Assembly (NCBI GenBank): GCA_964016885.1
Contig: OZ024748.1
Location: forward strand, 36,704,001-36,768,000
Direction: 5' to 3'
DNA length: 64,000 nucleotides
From: Eledone cirrhosa
Taxonomy: Eukaryota
Both the position numbers and the translations under genes were made by a program. Position 1 is the stretch's first letter. Each line of letters opens with the position of its first letter. The notes beneath the pieces were generated by a model. The model searched no databases and had not been told where the DNA came from. It worked only from the letters and a program-made list of their open reading frames with translations. This document shows positions 1-14,002 of the stretch, piece by piece.

Positions 1-3000
1 CATTAGACCATCCTGTAACTATACCCTGCCTCACAACACATTAGACAATCTTGTAACTATACCCTGCCCCCAACACATTAGACCATCCTGTAACTATATC
101 CTACCTCACAACACTTTAGACCATCCTGTAAATATACCCTGCCTCACAACACATTAGTCCATTCTGTAAGTATACCCTGCCTCACAACACATTAGACCAT
201 TCTGTAACTATACCCTGCCTCACAACACATTAGACCATTCTGTAACTTTACCCTGCCTCACAACACATTAGATCATCCTGTAGCTATACCCTGCCACACA
301 ACATATTAGACCATTCTGTAACTCTATCCTGCCTCATAACACATTAGACCATCCTGTAACTATACCCTGCCTAACAAAACATTAGACCATTCTGTAACTA
401 TACCCTGCCTCACAACACATTACACCATCCTGTAACTATACGCTGCCTCACAACACATTAAACCATTCTGTAACTATACCCTGCCTCACAAAACATTATA
501 CCATCTTATAACTATACCCTTCCTCACAACACATTAGACTGTCCTGTAACTATATCCTACACCACAACACATTAGACCATCCTGTAACTATACCCAGCCA
601 CACAATACATTAGAGCATTCTGTAACTATACCCTGCCTCACAACACATTAGACCATCCTGTAACTATACCCTGCCTCAGAACACATTACACCATTCTGTA
701 ACTATATCCTTCCTCACAACACAGACCATTCTGTAACTATACCCTGCCTAACAACACATTAGACCATCCTGTAACTATACCCTGCCTCACAACACATTAG
801 ATCATCCTGTAACTATAGACTGCCTCACAACACATTAGACCATCCTGTAACTATACCCTGCCTCACAATACATTAGAGCATTCTGTAACTATACCCTGCC
901 TCACAACACATTAGACCATCCTGTAACGATACCCTGCCTCAGAACACATTACACCATTCTGTCTCTATATCCTTCCTCACAACACAGACCATTCTGTAAC
1001 TATACCCTGCCTAACAACACATTAGACCATCCTGTAACTATACCCTGCCTCACAACACATTAGATCATCCTGTAACTATACCCTGCCACACAACACATTA
1101 GACCATCCTGTAACTATATCCTACTTCACAAGACATTAGACCATCCTGTAACTAAGCCCTGCCTCACAACACATTAGACCATTCTGTAACTACACCCTGC
1201 CTCACAACACGTTAGACCATCCTGTAACTATAGCCTGACTCACAACAGATTAGACCATCCTGTAACTATATGCTATCCCACAACACATTAGACCATCCTG
1301 TAACTATACCCTGCCTCCCAACACATTAGACCATCCTGTAACTATATCTTACATCACAACACATTAGACCATCCTGTAACAATACCTTGCCTCACAAAAC
1401 ATTACACCATTCTGTAACCATACCTGCCTCACAACACATTAGACCATTCTGTTACTAAACGCTGCCTCACAATACATTAGATCATCCTGTAACTATACTC
1501 TGCACACAACACATTAGACCATCCTGTAACTCTGCCCAGTCTCACAACACATTAGACCATCCTGTAACTATACCCTGCCTCACAACACATTAGACCATCC
1601 TGTAACTAAACACTGCCTCACAACACATTAGATCATTCTGTAACTACACCCTGCCTCACAACACATTAGACCATCCTGTACCTATAGCCTGACTCATAAC
1701 ACATTAGACCATCCTGTAACTATATGCTACCCCACAACACATTAGACCATCCTGTAACTATACCCTGCCTCCCAACACATTAGACCATCCTGTAACTATA
1801 TCCTACCGCACAACACATTAGACCATTCTTTTACTATACCCAGCCTTACAACACATTAGATCATCCTGTAACTATACACTGCCACACAACACATTAGACC
1901 ATCCTGTAACTATATCCTGCCTCCCAACACATTTGACCATTTAGTAACTATACCCTGCATCACAACACATTAGACCATTCTGTAAATATACCCTGCCTCA
2001 CAACACATTAAACCATTCTGTAACTATACCCTGCCTCAAACACATTAGACCATTCTGTAACTATACCCTGCCTCATAACACATTAGACCATCCTGTAACT
2101 ATACCCTGCCTCACAAAACATTAGACCATCCTGTAACTATATCCTATACCACAACACATTAGACCATTCTGTAACTATACCCTGCCTCACAACACATTAG
2201 ACCATCATGTAACTATACCCTGCCTCCAAACACGTTAGACCATCCTGTAACTATATCCTACCTCACAACACATTAGACCATCCTGTAACAATACCCTGCC
2301 TCACAAAACATTACACCATTCTGTACCCATACCCTGCCTCACAACACATTAGACCATTCTGTAATTATACACTCTCTCACAACATATTAGATCATCCTAT
2401 AACTATACCCTGCCTCACAACACATTCGACCATCCTGTAACTATACCCTGCCTCACAACACTTTAGACCATCCTGTAACCATACCTGCAGCACAACACAT
2501 TAGATCATCCTGTAACTGTACACGGCCACACAACACATTATACCATCCTGTAACTATACCCTGCCTCACAACACATTACACGATCCTGTAACTATACGCT
2601 GCCTCACAACACATTAGACCATTCTGTAACTATACCCTGCGTCACAACACATTATACCATCTTGTAGCTATACCCTGCCTCACAACACATTAGACTATCC
2701 TGTAACTATATCCTACCACACAACACATTAGACCATCCTGTAATTATACCCTGCCTCACAACACATTAGACCATTCTGTAACTATACCCTGCCTCACAAC
2801 ACATTAGACCATCCTGTAACTATACCCTGCCTCACAGCACATTAGACCATTCTGTAACTATATCCCGCCTCACAACACGGGCCATTCTGTAACTATACCC
2901 GTCCTAACAACACATTAGACCATTCTGTAACTATACCTTGCCTCACAACACATTAGACCATCCTGTAACTATACCCTGCCTCACAACACATTAGACAATC

Positions 3001-6000
3001 TTGTAACTATACCCTGCCCCCAACACATTAGACCATCCTGTAACTATATCCTACCTCACAACACTTTAGACCATCCTGTAAATATACCCTGCCTCACAAC
3101 ACATTAGTCCATTCTGTAAGTATACCCTGCCTCACAACACATTAGACCATTCTGTAACTATACCCTGCCTCACAACACATTAGACCATTCTGTAACTTTA
3201 CCCTGCCTCACAACACATTAGATCATCCTGTAGCTATACCCTGCCACACAACATATTAGACCATTCTGTAACTCTATCCTGCCTCATAACACATTAGACC
3301 ATCCTGTAACTATACCCTGCCTAACAAAACATTAGACCATTCTGTAACTATACCCTGCCTCACAACACATTACACCATCCTGTAACTATACGCTGCCTCA
3401 CAACACATTAAACCATTCTGTAACTATACCCTGCCTCACAAAACATTATACCATCTTATAACTATACCCTTCCTCACAACACATTAGACTGTCCTGTAAC
3501 TATATCCTACACCACAACACATTAGACCATCCTGTAACTATACCCAGCCACACAATACATTAGAGCATTCTGTAACTATACCCTGCCTCACAACACATTA
3601 GACCATCCTGTAACTATACCCTGCCTCAGAACACATTACACCATTCTGTAACTATATCCTTCCTCACAACACAGACCATTCTGTAACTATACCCTGCCTA
3701 ACAACACATTAGACCATCCTGTAACTATACCCTGCCTCACAACACATTAGATCATCCTGTAACTATAGACTGCCTCACAACACATTAGACCATCCTGTAA
3801 CTATACCCTGCCTCACAATACATTAGAGCATTCTGTAACTATACCCTGCCTCACAACACATTAGACCATCCTGTAACGATACCCTGCCTCAGAACACATT
3901 ACACCATTCTGTCTCTATATCCTTCCTCACAACACAGACCATTCTGTAACTATACCCTGCCTAACAACACATTAGACCATCCTGTAACTATACCCTGCCT
4001 CACAACACATTAGATCATCCTGTAACTATACCCTGCCACACAACACATTAGACCATCCTGTAACTATATCCTACTTCACAAGACATTAGACCATCCTGTA
4101 ACTAAGCCCTGCCTCACAACACATTAGACCATTCTGTAACTACACCCTGCCTCACAACACGTTAGACCATCCTGTAACTATAGCCTGACTCACAACAGAT
4201 TAGACCATCCTGTAACTATATGCTATCCCACAACACATTAGACCATCCTGTAACTATACCCTGCCTCCCAACACATTAGACCATCCTGTAACTATATCTT
4301 ACATCACAACACATTAGACCATCCTGTAACAATACCTTGCCTCACAAAACATTACACCATTCTGTAACCATACCTGCCTCACAACACATTAGACCATTCT
4401 GTTACTAAACGCTGCCTCACAATACATTAGATCATCCTGTAACTATACTCTGCACACAACACATTAGACCATCCTGTAACTCTGCCCAGTCTCACAACAC
4501 ATTAGACCATCCTGTAACTATACCCTGCCTCACAACACATTAGACCATCCTGTAACTAAACACTGCCTCACAACACATTAGATCATTCTGTAACTACACC
4601 CTGCCTCACAACACATTAGACCATCCTGTACCTATAGCCTGACTCATAACACATTAGACCATCCTGTAACTATATGCTACCCCACAACACATTAGACCAT
4701 CCTGTAACTATACCCTGCCTCCCAACACATTAGACCATCCTGTAACTATATCCTACCGCACAACACATTAGACCATTCTTTTACTATACCCAGCCTTACA
4801 ACACATTAGATCATCCTGTAACTATACACTGCCACACAACACATTAGACCATCCTGTAACTATATCCTGCCTCCCAACACATTTGACCATTTAGTAACTA
4901 TACCCTGCATCACAACACATTAGACCATTCTGTAAATATACCCTGCCTCACAACACATTAAACCATTCTGTAACTATACCCTGCCTCAAACACATTAGAC
5001 CATTCTGTAACTATACCCTGCCTCATAACACATTAGACCATCCTGTAACTATACCCTGCCACACAACACATTAGACCATCCTGTAACTATATCCTACCTC
5101 ACATCACATTAGACCATTCTGTAACTAGACCCTGCCTCACAACACATTAGAGCATTCTGTAACTATACCCTGCCTCACAACACATTAGACCATTCTGTAA
5201 CTTTACCCTGCCTCACAACACATTAGATCATCCTGTATCTATACCCTGCCACACAACACATTAGACCATCCTCTAACTATACCCTGTCTCACAACATATT
5301 AGACCATTCTGTAACTCTATCCTGCCTCATAACACATTAGACCATCCTGTAACTATACCCTGCCTCACTACACATTAGATCATCCTGTAACTATAGACTG
5401 CCTCACAACACATTAGACCATTCTGTAACTATACCCTGCCTCCCAACAAATTAGACCATTCTGTAACTTTACCCTGCCTCACAACACATTAGATCATCCT
5501 GTAGCTATACCCTGCCACACAACACATTAGACCATCCTGTAACTATACCCTGTCTCACAACATATTAGACCATTCTGTAACTCTATCCTGCCTCATAACA
5601 CATTAGACCATCCTGTAACTATACCCTGCCTCACAAAACATTAGACCATTCTGTAACTATACCTTGCCTCACAACATATTAGATCATCCTGTAACTATAT
5701 CCTACCTCACAATACATTATACCATCTTGTAACTATACCCTGCCTCACAACACATTAGACCATTCTGTAACTATACCCTGCCTCACAACACATTACACCA
5801 TCCTGTAACTATACGCTGCCTCACAACACATTAAACCATTCTGTAACTATACCCTGCCTCACAAAACATTATACCATCTTATAACTATACCCTTCCTCAC
5901 AACACATTAGACTGTCCTGTAACTATATCCTACACCACAACACATTAGACCATCCTGTAACTATACCCTGCCTCACAATACATTAGAGCATTCTGTAACT

Positions 6001-9000
6001 ATACCCTGCCTCACAACACATTAGACCATCCTGTAACTATACCCTGCCTCAGAACACATTACACCATTCTGTAACTATATCCTTCCTCACAACACAGACC
6101 ATTCTGTAACTATACCCTGCCTAACAACACATTAGACCATCCTGTAACTATACCCTGCCTCACTACACATTAGATCATCCTGTAACTATAGACTGCCTCA
6201 CAACACATTAGACCATTCTGTTACTAAACCCTGCCTCACAACACATTAGATCATCCTGTAACTATACCCTGCCACACAACACATTAGACCATCCTGTAAC
6301 TCTGCCCAGTCTCACAAAACATTAGACCATCCTGTAACTATACCCCGCCTCACAACACATTAGACCATCCTGTAACTAAACACTGCCTCACAACACATTA
6401 GATCATTCTGTAACTACACCCTGCCTCACAACACATTAGATCATCCTGTAACTATACACTGCCACACAACACATTAGACCATCCTGTAACTATATCCTGC
6501 CTCCCAACACATTTGACCATCATGTAACTATACCCTGCCTCACAACACATTAGACCATTTTGTAACTATACCCTGCCTCACAACACATTAGACCATTCTG
6601 TAAATATACCCTGCCTCACAACACATTAAACCATTCTGTAACTATACCCTGCATCACAACACGTTGGACCATTCTGTAACTATACCCTGCCTCATAACAC
6701 ATTAGACCATCCTGTAACTATACCCTGCCTCACAAAACATTAGACCATCCTGTAACTATATCCTATCCCACAACACATTAGACCATTCTGTAACTATACC
6801 CTGCCTCACAACACATTAGACCATCATGTAACTATACCCTGCCTCCCAACACGGTAGACCATCCTGTAACTATATCCTACCTCACAACACATTAGACCAT
6901 CCTGTAACAATACCCTGCCTCACAAAACATTACACCATTCTGTACCCATACCCTGCCTCACAACACATTAGACCATTCTGTAATTATACACTCTCTCACA
7001 ACATATTAGATCATCCTATAACTATACCCTGCCTCACAACACATTCGACCATCCTGTAACTATACCCTGCCTCACAACACTTTAGACCATCCTGTAACCA
7101 TACCTGCAGCACAACACATTAGATCATCCTGTAACTGTACACGGCCACACAACACATTATACCATCCTGTAACTATACCCTGCCTCACAACACATTACAC
7201 GATCCTGTAACTATACGCTGCCTCACAACACATTAGACCATTCTGTAACTATACCCTGCGTCACAACACATTATACCATCTTGTAGCTATACCCTGCCTC
7301 ACAACACATTAGACTATCCTGTAACTATATCCTACCACACAACACATTAGACCATCCTGTAATTATACCCTGCCTCACAACACATTAGACCATTCTGTAA
7401 CTATACCCTGCCTCACAACACATTAGACCATCCTGTAACTATACCCTGCCTCACAGCACATTAGACCATTCTGTAACTATATCCCGCCTCACAACACGGG
7501 CCATTCTGTAACTATACCCGTCCTAACAACACATTAGACCATTCTGTAACTATACCTTGCCTCACAACACATTAGACCATCCTGTAACTATACCCTGCCT
7601 CACAACACATTAGACAATCTTGTAACTATACCCTGCCCCCAACACATTAGACCATCCTGTAACTATATCCTACCTCACAACACTTTAGACCATCCTGTAA
7701 ATATACCCTGCCTCACAACACATTAGTCCATTCTGTAAGTATACCCTGCCTCACAACACATTAGACCATTCTGTAACTATACCCTGCCTCACAACACATT
7801 AGACCATTCTGTAACTTTACCCTGCCTCACAACACATTAGATCATCCTGTAGCTATACCCTGCCACACAACATATTAGACCATTCTGTAACTCTATCCTG
7901 CCTCATAACACATTAGACCATCCTGTAACTATACCCTGCCTAACAAAACATTAGACCATTCTGTAACTATACCCTGCCTCACAACACATTACACCATCCT
8001 GTAACTATACGCTGCCTCACAACACATTAAACCATTCTGTAACTATACCCTGCCTCACAAAACATTATACCATCTTATAACTATACCCTTCCTCACAACA
8101 CATTAGACTGTCCTGTAACTATATCCTACACCACAACACATTAGACCATCCTGTAACTATACCCAGCCACACAATACATTAGAGCATTCTGTAACTATAC
8201 CCTGCCTCACAACACATTAGACCATCCTGTAACTATACCCTGCCTCAGAACACATTACACCATTCTGTAACTATATCCTTCCTCACAACACAGACCATTC
8301 TGTAACTATACCCTGCCTAACAACACATTAGACCATCCTGTAACTATACCCTGCCTCACAACACATTAGATCATCCTGTAACTATAGACTGCCTCACAAC
8401 ACATTAGACCATCCTGTAACTATACCCTGCCTCACAATACATTAGAGCATTCTGTAACTATACCCTGCCTCACAACACATTAGACCATCCTGTAACGATA
8501 CCCTGCCTCAGAACACATTACACCATTCTGTCTCTATATCCTTCCTCACAACACAGACCATTCTGTAACTATACCCTGCCTAACAACACATTAGACCATC
8601 CTGTAACTATACCCTGCCTCACAACACATTAGATCATCCTGTAACTATACCCTGCCACACAACACATTAGACCATCCTGTAACTATATCCTACTTCACAA
8701 GACATTAGACCATCCTGTAACTAAGCCCTGCCTCACAACACATTAGACCATTCTGTAACTACACCCTGCCTCACAACACGTTAGACCATCCTGTAACTAT
8801 AGCCTGACTCACAACAGATTAGACCATCCTGTAACTATATGCTATCCCACAACACATTAGACCATCCTGTAACTATACCCTGCCTCCCAACACATTAGAC
8901 CATCCTGTAACTATATCTTACATCACAACACATTAGACCATCCTGTAACAATACCTTGCCTCACAAAACATTACACCATTCTGTAACCATACCTGCCTCA

Positions 9001-12000
9001 CAACACATTAGACCATTCTGTTACTAAACGCTGCCTCACAATACATTAGATCATCCTGTAACTATACTCTGCACACAACACATTAGACCATCCTGTAACT
9101 CTGCCCAGTCTCACAACACATTAGACCATCCTGTAACTATACCCTGCCTCACAACACATTAGACCATCCTGTAACTAAACACTGCCTCACAACACATTAG
9201 ATCATTCTGTAACTACACCCTGCCTCACAACACATTAGACCATCCTGTACCTATAGCCTGACTCATAACACATTAGACCATCCTGTAACTATATGCTACC
9301 CCACAACACATTAGACCATCCTGTAACTATACCCTGCCTCCCAACACATTAGACCATCCTGTAACTATATCCTACCGCACAACACATTAGACCATTCTTT
9401 TACTATACCCAGCCTTACAACACATTAGATCATCCTGTAACTATACACTGCCACACAACACATTAGACCATCCTGTAACTATATCCTGCCTCCCAACACA
9501 TTTGACCATTTAGTAACTATACCCTGCATCACAACACATTAGACCATTCTGTAAATATACCCTGCCTCACAACACATTAAACCATTCTGTAACTATACCC
9601 TGCCTCAAACACATTAGACCATTCTGTAACTATACCCTGCCTCATAACACATTAGACCATCCTGTAACTATACCCTGCCTCACAAAACATTAGACCATCC
9701 TGTAACTATATCCTATACCACAACACATTAGACCATTCTGTAACTATACCCTGCCTCACAACACATTAGACCATCATGTAACTATACCCTGCCTCCAAAC
9801 ACGTTAGACCATCCTGTAACTATATCCTACCTCACAACACATTAGACCATCCTGTAACAATACCCTGCCTCACAAAACATTACACCATTCTGTACCCATA
9901 CCCTGCCTCACAACACATTAGACCATTCTGTAATTATACACTCTCTCACAACATATTAGATCATCCTATAACTATACCCTGCCTCACAACACATTCGACC
10001 ATCCTGTAACTATACCCTGCCTCACAACACTTTAGACCATCCTGTAACCATACCTGCAGCACAACACATTAGATCATCCTGTAACTGTACACGGCCACAC
10101 AACACATTATACCATCCTGTAACTATACCCTGCCTCACAACACATTACACGATCCTGTAACTATACGCTGCCTCACAACACATTAGACCATTCTGTAACT
10201 ATACCCTGCGTCACAACACATTATACCATCTTGTAGCTATACCCTGCCTCACAACACATTAGACTATCCTGTAACTATATCCTACCACACAACACATTAG
10301 ACCATCCTGTAATTATACCCTGCCTCACAACACATTAGACCATTCTGTAACTATACCCTGCCTCACAACACATTAGACCATCCTGTAACTATACCCTGCC
10401 TCACAGCACATTAGACCATTCTGTAACTATATCCCGCCTCACAACACGGGCCATTCTGTAACTATACCCGTCCTAACAACACATTAGACCATTCTGTAAC
10501 TATACCTTGCCTCACAACACATTAGACCATCCTGTAACTATACCCTGCCTCACAACACATTAGACAATCTTGTAACTATACCCTGCCCCCAACACATTAG
10601 ACCATCCTGTAACTATATCCTACCTCACAACACTTTAGACCATCCTGTAAATATACCCTGCCTCACAACACATTAGTCCATTCTGTAAGTATACCCTGCC
10701 TCACAACACATTAGACCATTCTGTAACTATACCCTGCCTCACAACACATTAGACCATTCTGTAACTTTACCCTGCCTCACAACACATTAGATCATCCTGT
10801 AGCTATACCCTGCCACACAACATATTAGACCATTCTGTAACTCTATCCTGCCTCATAACACATTAGACCATCCTGTAACTATACCCTGCCTAACAAAACA
10901 TTAGACCATTCTGTAACTATACCCTGCCTCACAACACATTACACCATCCTGTAACTATACGCTGCCTCACAACACATTAAACCATTCTGTAACTATACCC
11001 TGCCTCACAAAACATTATACCATCTTATAACTATACCCTTCCTCACAACACATTAGACTGTCCTGTAACTATATCCTACACCACAACACATTAGACCATC
11101 CTGTAACTATACCCAGCCACACAATACATTAGAGCATTCTGTAACTATACCCTGCCTCACAACACATTAGACCATCCTGTAACTATACCCTGCCTCAGAA
11201 CACATTACACCATTCTGTAACTATATCCTTCCTCACAACACAGACCATTCTGTAACTATACCCTGCCTAACAACACATTAGACCATCCTGTAACTATACC
11301 CTGCCTCACAACACATTAGATCATCCTGTAACTATAGACTGCCTCACAACACATTAGACCATCCTGTAACTATACCCTGCCTCACAATACATTAGAGCAT
11401 TCTGTAACTATACCCTGCCTCACAACACATTAGACCATCCTGTAACGATACCCTGCCTCAGAACACATTACACCATTCTGTCTCTATATCCTTCCTCACA
11501 ACACAGACCATTCTGTAACTATACCCTGCCTAACAACACATTAGACCATCCTGTAACTATACCCTGCCTCACAACACATTAGATCATCCTGTAACTATAC
11601 CCTGCCACACAACACATTAGACCATCCTGTAACTATATCCTACTTCACAAGACATTAGACCATCCTGTAACTAAGCCCTGCCTCACAACACATTAGACCA
11701 TTCTGTAACTACACCCTGCCTCACAACACGTTAGACCATCCTGTAACTATAGCCTGACTCACAACAGATTAGACCATCCTGTAACTATATGCTATCCCAC
11801 AACACATTAGACCATCCTGTAACTATACCCTGCCTCCCAACACATTAGACCATCCTGTAACTATATCTTACATCACAACACATTAGACCATCCTGTAACA
11901 ATACCTTGCCTCACAAAACATTACACCATTCTGTAACCATACCTGCCTCACAACACATTAGACCATTCTGTTACTAAACGCTGCCTCACAATACATTAGA

Positions 12001-12833
12001 TCATCCTGTAACTATACTCTGCACACAACACATTAGACCATCCTGTAACTCTGCCCAGTCTCACAACACATTAGACCATCCTGTAACTATACCCTGCCTC
12101 ACAACACATTAGACCATCCTGTAACTAAACACTGCCTCACAACACATTAGATCATTCTGTAACTACACCCTGCCTCACAACACATTAGACCATCCTGTAC
12201 CTATAGCCTGACTCATAACACATTAGACCATCCTGTAACTATATGCTACCCCACAACACATTAGACCATCCTGTAACTATACCCTGCCTCCCAACACATT
12301 AGACCATCCTGTAACTATATCCTACCGCACAACACATTAGACCATTCTTTTACTATACCCAGCCTTACAACACATTAGATCATCCTGTAACTATACACTG
12401 CCACACAACACATTAGACCATCCTGTAACTATATCCTGCCTCCCAACACATTTGACCATTTAGTAACTATACCCTGCATCACAACACATTAGACCATTCT
12501 GTAAATATACCCTGCCTCACAACACATTAAACCATTCTGTAACTATACCCTGCCTCAAACACATTAGACCATTCTGTAACTATACCCTGCCTCATAACAC
12601 ATTAGACCATCCTGTAACTATACCCTGCCTCACAAAACATTAGACCATCCTGTAACTATATCCTATACCACAACACATTAGACCATTCTGTAACTATACC
12701 CTGCCTCACAACACATTAGACCATCATGTAACTATACCCTGCCTCCAAACACGTTAGACCATCCTGTAACTATATCCTACCTCACAACACATTAGACCAT
12801 CCTGTAACAATACCCTGCCTCACAAAACATTAC
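1..12833. repeat. Homogeneous HOR domain, 2,950-bp unit (78 monomers)
   Basis: The variant string starting at 1 (…GACAATCTTG…TGCCCCCAAC…) restarts at 2951, 7570 and 10520 (offsets 2950, 4619, 2950). 78x38 minus 14 deleted bases (three 3-bp and five 1-bp deletions counted in 1-2950) equals 2950. Copies look identical by eye. Confidence 0.93.
5061..6729. repeat. 1,669-bp (44-monomer) extra segment that makes the second HOR copy 4,619 bp
   Basis: The match to the first HOR copy breaks at 2111/5061 and resumes after about 6730, apparently exact after about 6860. The monomer CCTCATAACACATTAGACCATCCTGTAACTATACCCTGCC lies at both 5021 and 6690 (offset 1669). Confidence 0.85.
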
Positions 12834-14002
12834 ATTCTGTAACAATACCCTGCCTCACAACACATTAGACCATTCTGTAACTATACCCTGCCTCACAACA
12901 TATTAGATCATCCTATAACTATACCCTGATCACAACACATTAGACCATCCTGTAACTATACCCTGCCTCACAACACTTTAGAGCATCCTGTAACAATACC
13001 TGCATCACAACACATTAGATCATCCTGTAACTGTACACTGCCACACAACACATTATACCATCCTGTAACTATACCCTGCCTCACAACACATTACACCATC
13101 CTGTAACTATACGCTGCCTCACAACACATTAGACCATTCTGTAACTATACCCTGCGTCACAACACATTATACCATCTTGTAGCTATACCCTGCCTCACAA
13201 CACATTAGACTATCCTGTAACTATATCCTACCACACAACACATTAGACCATCCTGTAACTATACCCTGCCTCACAACACATTAGACCATTCTGTAACTAT
13301 ACCCTGCCTCACAACACATTAGACCATCCTGTAACTATACCCTGCCTCACAACACATTAGACCATTCTGTAACTATATCCCGCCTCACAACACAGACCAT
13401 TCTGTAACTATACCCTTCCTAACAACACATTAGACCATTCTGTAACTATACCTTGCCTCACAACACATTAGACCATCCTGTAACTATACCCTGCCTCACA
13501 ACACATTAGACAATCTTGTAACTATACCCTGCCTCACAATACATTAGACCATTCTGTAAATATAATCTGCCTCACAAAACATTAGACGATTCTGTAACTA
13601 TGAACCTGCCTTACAACTCATTAGATCATTCTGTAACTATACCCTGCCACACAACACATTAGACCATCCTGTAACTATACCCTGCTTCACAAAACATTAG
13701 ACCATTCTGTAACTATACCCTACCTCACAACACATTAGACCATCCTGTACCTATAGCCTGACTCACAACACATTAGACCATCCTGTAAAGATATGCTACC
13801 ACACAACACATTAGACCATCCTGTAACTATACCCTGCCCCCCAACACATTAGACCATCCTGTAACTATATCCTACCTCACAACACTTTAGACCATCCTGT
13901 AAATATACCCTGCCTCACAACACGTTAGACCATTCTGTAAGTATACCCTGCCTCACAACACATTAGACCATTCTGTAACTATACCCTGCCTCACAACACA
14001 TT

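Noticed and set aside
14-25. GTAACTATA(AC) resembles the LSU rRNA / I-CeuI site segment CGTAACTATAACGGTCCTAAGG
   Set aside because: The match is only 9-11 bp and the following GGTCCTAAGG never appears. It is most likely chance.
12-49. Internal 13+13+12 subrepeat within the monomer (CCTGTAACTATAC / CCTGCCTCACAAC / ACATTAGACCAT)
   Set aside because: The first two parts match at only 7 of 13 positions in C/A-rich sequence and the third does not align. This is too weak to support.
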